53,473 nt of DNA, from contig CAKZLR010000051.1 of assembly GCA_937127165.1 (NCBI GenBank), forward strand, positions 1-53,473. Direction: 5' to 3'. Below are positions 40,013 through 49,836 of this stretch, piece after piece; positions within the stretch are counted from its first letter, which is position 1; each line of letters opens with the position of its first letter. This stretch comes from an uncultured Candidatus Peregrinibacteria bacterium (lineage in GTDB: Bacteria > Patescibacteriota > JACMRA01). The position numbers and the translations under genes are program-made. The notes under the pieces were generated by a model that saw only the letters and a program-made list of their open reading frames with translations, ran no database searches and was not told where the DNA came from.

Positions 40013-41500
40013 ATGTTTTACATCACAACTCCCATTCCTTATACTAATGCAAAACCTCACCTAGGACATCTTTTGGAAGCGGTTTTTAACGATACAATCG
40101 CTCGTTTTTACCGTAGACTTTATCCTCAAACTATTTTATCAATGGGGCTTGATCAACACGGAATCAAAATTTATCAAAAGGCTTTAGAACAAAATCAAGA
40201 TCCAGTAGATTATGCAGTTGAACAAGGTAAAACTTTTAAAAATCTTTGGAGTCAATTTAACATATCATATGACAGATTTGTTGAGACTACTTCAATTCAC
40301 CATAAGTTAGTTGCCAAAATAGCCTGGTCAAAGCTAGCTCAGAAAGGTTTTATTTATAAAAAAAGTTACGAAGGTTTGTATTGCATTGGGGATGAGTCTT
40401 TTGTAACCGAAAAGGATTTAATTGATGGCTGTTGTCCGAACCATCCAGGACAAAAGCCGATTTTAATGAAGGAAGAAAACTACTTTTTTACTTTATCTAA
40501 ATTTAGTAATCAAATCCGAGATTTTTTAAAAAAAGCTGATATTCAACCTGTATATGTGTCTAAAGAATTTCTTAATTTTGTTGACGAAGGCTTGCAAGAT
40601 ATTTCTATTTCTAGAGACAAAACGAAAATGCCTCACGGAATAGATATTCCCGGTGATGATTCTCAAGTGATGTATGTGTGGTTTGACGCTTTACTAAATT
40701 ATTTAACTGCTGTTGCAGAACCTTCGACTTTGGATAGTTTATCATTAAACCCAGACAACCAATCACTTCAAGAAGCTGTGTGGACTCAAATATCTGAGTC
40801 TTTACCAATCGATTTAATGTATTTAGGTAAAGATATTGCTAAGTTCCATTTAGTTGTTTGGATAGGGATGTTGGTTGGTTTAGAGTTAGAACTGCCGAAG
40901 CGGGCTTTGGTACACGGATTTATTAACGATTCTCAAGGTCGTAAGTTTAGTAAATCCTTGGGTAATGGGGTAATGCCAGAAGAATTAGTAGAAAAATTTG
41001 GAGTTGATGGTACTCGGTTTATTTTATTGTTTGAGGTAAATGTGGATGGTGACACTAATTTTGATTGGTATAAAGTCACAAGTTCTTACAATGCTCATCT
41101 AGCCGACAATTTAGGAAATTTGGTTATGAGAGTGACAACTTTAGTAGAAAAGCTATTTAAAGGATATGTTGATTTTGACGAATTAGACAGTCCTTTTGAT
41201 TTTTCAGAAGTTTATAAAAAATTAGACAAACTCAATACTCGAGAGGCTTTAGAGATTATCTTAAAAGGTTGCAGTTGGGGTAATGAGCTATTAGAAAAGG
41301 AAAAACCTTGGCAGTTGGCTAAAGCAGGAAAAATAGAGGAAGCTAAAGAAATTTTAACCAAATTATGCAAGCTCTTGTGCGATATAAGCGAAATTTTAAG
41401 CATCTTTATGCCAGAAACAGGGGATAAAATTCGTACAATTATTACCAATACTCCCATCACTAAAGCTACTCCTTTATTTCCTAAAGTAGATGTGGTTTAA
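40013..41500 (+). CDS. metG: methionine--tRNA ligase (short form without C-terminal tRNA-binding domain)
   Basis: FYITTPIPYTN.KPHLGH, YVWFDALLNY, GKDIAKFH, GRKFSKSLGN, LADNLGNLV.R. Confidence 0.96.
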   Translation: MFYITTPIPYTNAKPHLGHLLEAVFNDTIARFYRRLYPQTILSMGLDQHGIKIYQKALEQNQDPVDYAVEQGKTFKNLWSQFNISYDRFVETTSIHHKLVAKIAWSKLAQKGFIYKKSYEGLYCIGDESFVTEKDLIDGCCPNHPGQKPILMKEENYFFTLSKFSNQIRDFLKKADIQPVYVSKEFLNFVDEGLQDISISRDKTKMPHGIDIPGDDSQVMYVWFDALLNYLTAVAEPSTLDSLSLNPDNQSLQEAVWTQISESLPIDLMYLGKDIAKFHLVVWIGMLVGLELELPKRALVHGFINDSQGRKFSKSLGNGVMPEELVEKFGVDGTRFILLFEVNVDGDTNFDWYKVTSSYNAHLADNLGNLVMRVTTLVEKLFKGYVDFDELDSPFDFSEVYKKLDKLNTREALEIILKGCSWGNELLEKEKPWQLAKAGKIEEAKEILTKLCKLLCDISEILSIFMPETGDKIRTIITNTPITKATPLFPKVDVV

Positions 41501-42518
41501 GTAAAAAGAATAAGCAAACTGTTCACAGAACTACAAGTCTTTTTGGGAAAATCAGACGTTCTTCTACTGTATGAACCTAAATGGGATATTCAGGTATTTG
41601 AAATTGATTTTATTAACAGTGATTTCGGTAATTGTGATTTTTATAAAAGAACTCTGGTTGATGTTTGTGGTTTTTACCACATCTTATTTTATAGTTTTGC
41701 TACGTAAAAAGATCAACAATTCTGGCTTAGATTGAAAATAATAGTATTCATTTTTAGATTAGTTTTTAGTTTTAACTTGCTTTTTTGTATTGTTTGGAAT
41801 TTTGAGATAGGTGTGGAGTATGCCAACATTGTCTGCTTTTAAAATAGCTACTCTAAGCTCGTTGTTGTTCTTATTTAATATCTTTATCTTAATTTCGGAA
41901 TTAAAAAATTTTTAGTTTTTTATCTAATTCATTAAAGATTAATTGTAATCCTAGCCCTAGGCTTGCTTCCAACTATAGTGAGTTAATTTAATAAAATCCA
42001 AATTATCCAAAATCCAGAGGATACAAACCCTTTAAGATTAAATTTATTAGAACTTTTATTCCCCGTTGTAATAGCTTTAATTGACAGATCTTTCGCTAGA
42101 GTAGAACAAATAACCATTATAATCCAACAAAGAAAAGGTATCTATAAAAATTTGGGCACTTACTGAAGAACCGTTAGTCTTAGATTAAACAGAAAACCAA
42201 GCAAATAATCCTTTTATTTCTGCTTTACTTGGATTAGGTAGATAACTGAGCAATTTGATTGGATATTGTTTTTGTATAAATTCACTGTTTGTAGTGTTAT
42301 TGATTCTCGTTTAGATGCCGTTAGTTAAGCATTAAACACTGATAGGTTTAGAAAAAACATCTGGGTCATTTTTTCACTCGCAACTCCAGAACTTTTTAAA
42401 TACACAAAAAGCCTACTAAAAAAAATCACTGTCTTTAGTCGATTTTTACATTTTTACTTTCCCATAATACTAACAACGAACTAGAAATAAATTCTAAAAT
42501 TTTTGTGATTTAGTAGTT

Positions 42519-43814
42519 TTATTTAGTCCAGTCTTGAAATTGCATCTGTACTTGATAGGCATATAAACCTCCAATTTTATCGTTAGAGTCTTTTGGTTTT
42601 GCCATAAAATTCATGGAATACAAGATTCCATTTCTAGTGAAAACTACAGAGTAGGCATGCTCCAAATTTTTATTTCTAGACATCTGTAAGTCTCGAATAG
42701 AATTATCGGCTATAAACCATCCAGTTTTTTCAAACAATTCTTCAGGACTGACCATGTTTTTACCTGTTAGGCTGGCTCTGAACGATTCGCTCATCTGGGA
42801 AATATTAAAACATTGTACAAAAACCGTATAACCTTCACCAAACTTTTCGGTTGGGGTTTTGTAACCAGTGAAAGCATAAAAATTCCAAAATGGTCTAGCG
42901 GATTTAGCTGGTTGTATTCTGTCAAAATCTACCATCGCATTATTAGCAGTTCTAAGTGGATATTTTACATTCAAGTTACATTCGTTGATCTCTAAAACTC
43001 TACTATTATCATCACCAACAAATTTAATTTTTGGGTTTAAGTTAGAGAAAATATTCTTTGGATAAACTGAGGAAGAGGTTGAATTGTTTGCTTCATCCGA
43101 CTGCAAATTGGTCGTATACAGCTGACCATTCCACTCAAACACAGCATTCGGACCTAATTGACTGCGAGCTATAGCGAAAGCCTCAGCAAAACTTACCCCG
43201 TTTATGGGGTTATTTGGATTAAGATTGATTGCTCCACTGTTTTGAGTATCATTGTTTCGGTTTGACAAAGTATTTTCTTGGTTATTCTCTTTTTTAAAGA
43301 AATTTCCGCTTTCAGGTTCGTATACAAAAATTTCGTTTGACCGATTTTGTGAATTTCCTAACTTATCCTGATTATTGTTATTAGAATTTTCCCATGATTG
43401 ACCCTCTCCTATACCGGCAACTTGCCGTTTATCCGTTTCGTTGGATTGATTTAGTAAATATATTATAGGAAGGCCAATTAAGCCTACAATTATAGTACCC
43501 AAAATGACAGCATAGACTAACCTACCAACCAGAGAAGCAGATTCTTCTGCAGTATCATATCCTTCAATTTTGTTTGTTTGATTAGCCACAGATTTTTGGT
43601 TTGGTTCGTATTCAGTTTTATAAAAAAACTTTTTATCATCTAAACATTGAGATAAATTTGAACCAAAATTTTGGTCATTGTTATGTACTTGGGGATTATA
43701 AAACTGGGTTTGAGTGTTTTGAGAGTCGTGAGATTCTGGTTGAAAGTCAAAATCATATGGGTTCTTTTTTAAATTTGTATTGTTGTTTTGGTGTAGTTGG
43801 TCATTTTGTGTCAT
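42519..43814 (-). CDS. hypothetical single-pass membrane protein, N/Q-rich
   Basis: One TM helix, low-complexity linkers, short motif SFAEAFAIARSQLGPNAVFEWNGQLYTT, folded C-terminal domain. Confidence 0.7.
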   Translation of the reverse strand: MTQNDQLHQNNNTNLKKNPYDFDFQPESHDSQNTQTQFYNPQVHNNDQNFGSNLSQCLDDKKFFYKTEYEPNQKSVANQTNKIEGYDTAEESASLVGRLVYAVILGTIIVGLIGLPIIYLLNQSNETDKRQVAGIGEGQSWENSNNNNQDKLGNSQNRSNEIFVYEPESGNFFKKENNQENTLSNRNNDTQNSGAINLNPNNPINGVSFAEAFAIARSQLGPNAVFEWNGQLYTTNLQSDEANNSTSSSVYPKNIFSNLNPKIKFVGDDNSRVLEINECNLNVKYPLRTANNAMVDFDRIQPAKSARPFWNFYAFTGYKTPTEKFGEGYTVFVQCFNISQMSESFRASLTGKNMVSPEELFEKTGWFIADNSIRDLQMSRNKNLEHAYSVVFTRNGILYSMNFMAKPKDSNDKIGGLYAYQVQMQFQDWTK

Positions 43815-44593
43815 AGACGATTTATGAAAAAAAATACAGTTTAGTGCTTATACTTTACTTATACTTTATTATTTAAGATAGTCAAGTAAGGAATTCTATT
43901 TGTTTGGGAGTCTGTATAGGGTAGTTATACAAGACACTATCACTTTCAAATATATTTTAAAACACAGTGATATTAGTATTATAAATTTTTATCTTAAACT
44001 AAAATTAACTGGATGTTTGATATGTTGATATGTATTTATCAGTGTTATTTATCAGAGTAAAATAGTAATTACGTAAAAAGTTTGTGCATCAAATAGCTAC
44101 GGGTATCTTGAAGTAAGTAAAAATCGTGTTTACTTTTTAAAAAGGAGTTAAAACAAAGTTACTATTCATACTCTCTAAATATTTTACGTTTGTAGTACGT
44201 TTGTGGTGCTGAGAATTCTTCCGAAGTCTTTCAAGCAACATTCTTTTGGTAAGAGGGAATTCACACTCCGTCAGTTTTTGGTTAATATCTTTTTAGTAAG
44301 TAAATGAGTTTTTCTGATCGGTAAACCTACTAAAAATATTGGCATTTTGGTTCAAAATTTCATTTTTACTTTTTTTAAAAAAAATACTTTGGAAAGACTA
44401 ATCATAAGTCTAATAAAAACTAATGTTGTTTGGTTCTGCATAATACAAAAACTTTCTTGAATAGAACCACCAATTAAGTGTATTTTTACACTCAATTTTC
44501 TAAAATTTAGGTAGAGGATTATAGCAACTTGACAAAAGTAAAAATGTAATTCTTCAACTCGGAAGAATTAATATTTAATTTTTTTTAAAAACT

Positions 44594-45001
44594 ATGACAG
44601 AAGCTAACAACGCTAACGGTTCTCAAAATGCTGACACTATAACAAATACACAAAACACTAGTCAAAATCCTACTGAGTCGCTTAAAGTAGAGGTTCAATC
44701 TAGCTCAAGTAACGATAAGCTTATTGCTGCTTTGGGGTATTTAATTTTTTTCTTGCCCTTGGTTATTGAACCAAAAAGCGATTTTAAAACTTTTCATGCT
44801 AATCAATCCCTTTTACTTTTAATATTTGTTGTTGCAGGTAATATAATAGGTGTGATGCTTACGTTTATTTTAATTGGGGTTTTGATTGTACCACTAGTGA
44901 ATTTGTTTGGATTTGTTTTGTTTATACTAGGTATTGTCAATGCTTTTAATGGTGAAAAAAAGAGGCTTCCACTAATTGGACAATTTGATCTGCTAAAATA
45001 G
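44594..45001 (+). CDS. DUF4870-like membrane protein
   Basis: KLIAALGYL, F..FHANQSLLL, GIVNAFNGEKKRLPLIG. Confidence 0.8.
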   Translation: MTEANNANGSQNADTITNTQNTSQNPTESLKVEVQSSSSNDKLIAALGYLIFFLPLVIEPKSDFKTFHANQSLLLLIFVVAGNIIGVMLTFILIGVLIVPLVNLFGFVLFILGIVNAFNGEKKRLPLIGQFDLLK

Positions 45002-45434
45002 TTTAATCATCATTCGGATTTTCTTTGACTTGTGTTTCAAGCATGTGCGTGGCTGGTAGTCGGTCTAGTGTTTGGTTTTGGTGTTTTCTGGTTAGATTTA
45101 TTGAAAAAATTCAGATGTATAGGTCAGACTAAAAAATATTTAATCGAGAAATATGGGAATAGAGAGGGATTTTGCTATTCGGAAAGTGCCTCGATAAGAT
45201 GACTGGTTTGAGGGGAACTTAATTAGAAATTGTAGATGCAGTTTTTTCAGAAGGATAACCTCTTTGTTCATAAGTGTTTATTTACTCACATGACGGAATA
45301 AAAATTATTGTTCTATAAGTTTTGGATTTTGTAACTTATCTAAAATTTGTCACAAACTTTCTCAGCTTGACCGTGAGAGTATTTTGCGACAAAAGAAAAG
45401 GTTTCTTCAAAAGCTTAGTCTAAACTTTATATTT

Positions 45435-46406
45435 ATGGATAATAGTACTAAGAAATTGAAAAAAATTCACCTAAGACCAAAGACCATAGAAGTTCTAGAA
45501 AAATTAACTGGACTTAAAATTTATACAAAGAATGTTTGGAATATAGACAAAATGGAGTTAGGCAATCTGCTACAGCAGGGTAGAATAAATGCTTTAATGT
45601 ATCTGCAAAGATACCAGCAAGGACAAAAACTAAGTATTTTTGAAGAACAAAATTTGTTTAAAGCCCTTGTAGAGATTCAGCAGAAATTATCTTTAAACCA
45701 AATTCCGATACATATTGAATGTTATGATGTTTCCCATTTTGGTGGCAAATATGTCTATGGTTCAATGGTCGTATTTATTGAAGGTCGAAGTGTCAAAAAG
45801 CTTTATAGATTGTTTAAAACAGCTGAAAAGAACGATGATTTTGCTAATTTGCGGGAAGTTCTTCTAAGAAGATTTAAAAAATGGGAAGAAAATCAACACC
45901 AACCGCCTACAATTAAATTGAATTTATCTACCAAACCTATTCTAAAAAAACCTTGGGAACTACCAAATTTAATTATTATCGATGGTGGGAAAGGTCAGTT
46001 ATCGTCTGCTAATCAAGTGTTGCAAGAATTTAAGCAGAAATATTCTAGTATTACTACCCAGATTTGCGCACTGGCTAAAGGAAAAGAAGAGATATTTTTG
46101 CTAGACAAAGACGAGTCAGTTTTGTTTGAAGGACAGGCTAAGTTTTTATTACAAAGAATTAGAGATGAAGCTCATCGTTTTGGTATCACTAACAGTCGCA
46201 AAGCTATAGTTCGCCAGTCGTCTAAATCCAGTTTAGATTCAATCAAAGGAATTGGAAAGGTAACTAAAAATAAATTGTTAACTATTTTTGGATCCATAGA
46301 AAACTTGATTAATCATTATTATTTTGATCCCCAAACTTTACAGCAAATCTTAACCAAGACTCAATTTAAAAATCTTGAGAGTTGGATTAGAAACGGGGAA
46401 ATTTAA
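45435..46406 (+). CDS. uvrC: UvrC C-terminal half only (RNase H-like endonuclease + HhH)
   Basis: IECYDVSH, NDDFA.LREVL.RRF, PNLIIIDGGKGQL, LLQRIRDEAHRF, LDSIKGIG. No GIY-YIG or UVR domain. Start moved to ATG 45435. Confidence 0.85.
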   Translation: MDNSTKKLKKIHLRPKTIEVLEKLTGLKIYTKNVWNIDKMELGNLLQQGRINALMYLQRYQQGQKLSIFEEQNLFKALVEIQQKLSLNQIPIHIECYDVSHFGGKYVYGSMVVFIEGRSVKKLYRLFKTAEKNDDFANLREVLLRRFKKWEENQHQPPTIKLNLSTKPILKKPWELPNLIIIDGGKGQLSSANQVLQEFKQKYSSITTQICALAKGKEEIFLLDKDESVLFEGQAKFLLQRIRDEAHRFGITNSRKAIVRQSSKSSLDSIKGIGKVTKNKLLTIFGSIENLINHYYFDPQTLQQILTKTQFKNLESWIRNGEI

Positions 46407-46681
46407 GATATCTAAAATTTTCCATTTTTACATTAACTAAACCTCCTTCAAACTTAACTAAGAGATAACTTTACTATTTTGTCTGATGTTAATTAAAAAT
46501 TGTTCTAGTTATCTTTCTAGATTATTAAATAATTAGTTTTGTTTTTTAATTTTTATAAATTTGTCTCTATAAATACTTCTCAAACTTTAGATTTCAAAAT
46601 TTGTATTTAAAACACCAAAAATAAGAGACTCTTGTTTATATTTAAAGAATCTTTGTAAAATCTAATCACAAGACAGTAAAA

Positions 46682-47971
46682 CTATCGTGTTAAAACTTCT
46701 ATCCCTGTTGTGGTGGCTATCAAATCATCTTCAATTCTTACACCAATTCCTCGGAACTCTAACGGAATGTCTGGATCATCAACTCCAAAATACAAACCAG
46801 GTTCAACTGTGAAAACCATATTTGGTTGCAAGTTCATTTTCAAGGTGTTGTCCGATCGCATATCATGTACATCTAAACCCAAAAAATGACTAACTTTATG
46901 TGGATAATACTTTTTGTATATCTTATCTTGCTTAATCTGTTCAACTGACTGTTTTAAAATTCCTAAATTGTGCAAACTTTGGCATATCAAGTCAATAGTT
47001 AGCAGTTGTAAATCCCATAAAGAAAAATTCTTTTTTAACCAGCTGTCTTGGCAATAGGTAATTATTTTATTTTGAACTTGTTGGACTTCATACCAAACAG
47101 CTTGCTGAGCTTTAGATGGAGTACCTACCCAAAAAGTTCTGGTTATATCACTAGCATAGCCTTGATATTCACAGCCAGCATCAATCAGTAAGAGATTGTT
47201 TTTGTCTATTAGACTAGTATTATTGGTATAATGTAAAATTGTGGAATTTACTCCACTAGCGACAATTGGCCAAAAAGACCAAGTGCAACCATGTTGACCG
47301 TAAAAATAATTTAAAAAAGACTCTAACTGATATTCGTACAATAATTCTCGGGGTTCAAAATTCTCAAAAGCTGGTTTATCATATACATAATTCTGGATTA
47401 TTCGTTCTAGCTCCTTAAAAGCTAGTTTATTTATCTTACAAGCATTGCGAATAGCAGAGATTTCCTCATTATCTTTAATGAGTCTTAGAGAGGCTATAAG
47501 TTCAAATGGACTTTGAAGTCTGCCGTTAAATAATTTCTGAACTAAAAACCAGCAAGTGTAGATCTCTTTTAAACTAAGTTCAAAAAAGACATTGTCAACT
47601 CTTTGGTGAGTTTGGAGATAATTTTCTAACTCATCTATACTATCTACAAACTCTACTTGTGAAATTTTTTTAGCTTCACTCGGGCTTAAAGTTGGTCCAG
47701 TCCATAAACTAGTTTCAGGGTTTGATCTTACCAAAAAGAGTCTTTCCTCAACTTGACCGTTTTTTGATTTGAATAAAACCAAAACATTGTCCGGTTCGTT
47801 GATTTGGGTAAAGTACCAGAAATTACTGTCTTGTCTGAATTTAAATTCTACATCTGGATTGCGAACTATGGTTTTAGCCGCTGGCAATATTGCTAAACTG
47901 TCGTTGGGTAATAATTCTAAAAGTTTTTGCCTTCTTTGTTTTGCTAAAATTGAATGTTTTATTTTTTGCAT
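46682..47971 (-). CDS. pepP: Xaa-Pro aminopeptidase (M24B)
   Basis: FRQDSNFWYFT, ILHY, LIDAGCEYQGYASDITRT, H.VSHFLGLDVHD, TVEPGLY, GVRIEDD. Confidence 0.94.
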   Translation of the reverse strand: MQKIKHSILAKQRRQKLLELLPNDSLAILPAAKTIVRNPDVEFKFRQDSNFWYFTQINEPDNVLVLFKSKNGQVEERLFLVRSNPETSLWTGPTLSPSEAKKISQVEFVDSIDELENYLQTHQRVDNVFFELSLKEIYTCWFLVQKLFNGRLQSPFELIASLRLIKDNEEISAIRNACKINKLAFKELERIIQNYVYDKPAFENFEPRELLYEYQLESFLNYFYGQHGCTWSFWPIVASGVNSTILHYTNNTSLIDKNNLLLIDAGCEYQGYASDITRTFWVGTPSKAQQAVWYEVQQVQNKIITYCQDSWLKKNFSLWDLQLLTIDLICQSLHNLGILKQSVEQIKQDKIYKKYYPHKVSHFLGLDVHDMRSDNTLKMNLQPNMVFTVEPGLYFGVDDPDIPLEFRGIGVRIEDDLIATTTGIEVLTR

Positions 47972-48086
47972 TTTTCGGTAAAAAAGTTTGCTTCTCTTTC
48001 TTAAAAAGATTCAAAGCCTGAGACTAGTTTCCATGTTTTTAGTATTACTTTAGTTCAGCTACCATTCAATGAATTCTAAATAAAAA

Positions 48087-48632
48087 CTAGAATTTCATTA
48101 ACTCTTCTTCTTTACGTTTGGCCATTTCTTCAAGCTCTTTGTTGAGATTGTCGACTTCAGTTTGAAGATTTTTTTCAAAATTTTTTAGTTCGTCTTCAGA
48201 AATTAAACCGTCATCTTTTTCCTTTTTTTTGTCTTTAAGGGCATCTTGACGATGTTGTCTGAGGCTAATTCTAGCTTCTTCAAGCATTTTGTGTACCTCT
48301 TTGACTCTATTTTTGCGGTTTTCTTCGGTTAAAGGTGGAAAATTTAATCTAATTCCAGCACCATCATTAACCGGATTAACTCCCAAAGTTGAGTCTCGAA
48401 TAGCCTTTTCGATTGCGGTAGTGACAGATTTGTCAAATGGAGTAATAAGTAGTTGACCTGGTTCAGGTACAGAAATTGTGGCTAATTCTTTGATAGACAA
48501 TTTAGTTCCATATGCTTCTACAGAAATGAAATCAATTGTAGCTGGAGTGACTCTACCAGTGTGAATGGTGCTAAGTTTGTGGGCTAGAAAGTCTTTGATT
48601 TTTTGAGCAGGTAAAATGGAATAATTGGGCAT
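48087..48632 (-). CDS. frr: ribosome recycling factor
   Basis: IHTGRVTP, LGVNPVNDG..IRL.FPPLTEE.RK, ISEDE. Confidence 0.96.
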   Translation of the reverse strand: MPNYSILPAQKIKDFLAHKLSTIHTGRVTPATIDFISVEAYGTKLSIKELATISVPEPGQLLITPFDKSVTTAIEKAIRDSTLGVNPVNDGAGIRLNFPPLTEENRKNRVKEVHKMLEEARISLRQHRQDALKDKKKEKDDGLISEDELKNFEKNLQTEVDNLNKELEEMAKRKEEELMKF

Positions 48633-48651
48633 AAACTATTATGGGCTAAAA

Positions 48652-48680
48652 AGCCTAAACATTGTTTTTGGTGATGTCAA
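48652..48680 (-). promoter_or_regulatory. sigma70-type promoter for frr
   Basis: Minus strand TTGACA-N17-TAGGCT, about 20 nt before the ATG. Confidence 0.6.
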
Positions 48681-48765
48681 ATATAACTTTTGATCAATAC
48701 CTTACTAACTATAAACTCACAGTTTAGTATAATTTATTTAATTTTAAAGATAAATATTTCAAATT

Positions 48766-49788
48766 TCAAAGTAAACCTTGTGTATCTTCAAAAATATCAT
48801 TTTGAGCTTTTTGTATATGATATTTCTGAGTTGCAGGTATATTTTTGGGGGTATTATGTTTTGCGGCTATAACCTTGCAGATTAATTGAGCTACTTCTAT
48901 ACCTATCCCTTCTATACCTAATCCTGCCAAAAATTTATAGTCTTCTTTTTTTCTAGAATCGTCTATGGATTTTTTAAGATTGTCTACAGATTTTGGTCCA
49001 AAGCCTTCTAACTGAGAAATTTTAGAATAGGGCAGTTTGTAGAGATCTGGAATGTCTTGAATACCATATTCACTGATAAATTTTTGTATGTGCTTATCTG
49101 ATAAACCAACGATATTAGCTATGTCTCTTTGGCAAAAATAACTCAATCTACCAAGTATTTGAGCTGAACAATTTTGTTGATTTGGACAGATTAAATCAAT
49201 CTTCGTAGGGCTGGTAATTAGTTTTGTACCACAAGCCGGGCAAACCTGAGGGGCTAAAAATTCTTTATTAGTTTCGGTATCTATTCTCAAATTTACTAAC
49301 ACATTTGTAATCTCCGGGATAATATCCCCAGCTTTGCGAATAACTACTGTGTCATTTTGTCTTAACCCTTTAACTAAAAATTCTTTGTAATTATGCAGTG
49401 TAGCTCTTTTGATCACGGTACCAGCCAGCAAAACAGGTTCTAATTCTGCCACTGGTGTTAGTTTGCCTGTACGACCGACTTGCCAGGTGATATCTAAACA
49501 TTTTGTAGTTATTTCTTCTGCGGGAAATTTTACGGCACACCAACCTCTGGGGGTTTTGCCAACAACTCCAAGTTGAGCAGCTAAATTATTATCATTGAGT
49601 TTGACGACCACTCCGTCAATATGGTATTTCATACTATCCCTTTTTTTTTCTAAATCTTGAACCCGTTCCCAAACTTCTTCTGCCGAATCAGCAGTCATAA
49701 TTTCGTTGTTTGTATCAAACCCTAATTGTCTCAAAAATTCCAACTCTTCAAGATGACTGGCGAAATTGGATGATTCAAATTTTTCCAT
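48766..49788 (-). CDS. ligA: NAD-dependent DNA ligase, C-terminal portion only (end of adenylation domain, OB, Zn finger, HhH)
   Basis: YHIDGVVVK (motif IV), PRGWCAVKFP (motif V), QVGRTGKLTPVA, RATLHN, KAGDIIPEI, CPACG...CPN..NC, LEGFGPKS. No KxDG motif and no BRCT. Confidence 0.88.
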   Translation of the reverse strand: MEKFESSNFASHLEELEFLRQLGFDTNNEIMTADSAEEVWERVQDLEKKRDSMKYHIDGVVVKLNDNNLAAQLGVVGKTPRGWCAVKFPAEEITTKCLDITWQVGRTGKLTPVAELEPVLLAGTVIKRATLHNYKEFLVKGLRQNDTVVIRKAGDIIPEITNVLVNLRIDTETNKEFLAPQVCPACGTKLITSPTKIDLICPNQQNCSAQILGRLSYFCQRDIANIVGLSDKHIQKFISEYGIQDIPDLYKLPYSKISQLEGFGPKSVDNLKKSIDDSRKKEDYKFLAGLGIEGIGIEVAQLICKVIAAKHNTPKNIPATQKYHIQKAQNDIFEDTQGLL

Positions 49789-49836
49789 ATTTTTTAGAAT
49801 ACTTTATTTTTTTGACTTAACTGTGATTTTTGGTTT

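Noticed and set aside
41520..42500. 1 kb ORF-free gap, possible pseudogene or ncRNA
   Set aside because: Only short broken frames, and no tRNA, tmRNA or RNase P features that I can recognise.
45032..45202. 56-codon frame with CIGQTKK upstream of the half uvrC, as a GIY-YIG remnant
   Set aside because: The match is only a few residues, the rest is hydrophobic and unlike UvrC; probably chance.
48766..49788. Split intein or intron explaining the half ligA
   Set aside because: No intein C-terminal His-Asn-(Cys/Ser/Thr) block at the ORF start, and no room for intron structure in the 48-nt upstream gap.
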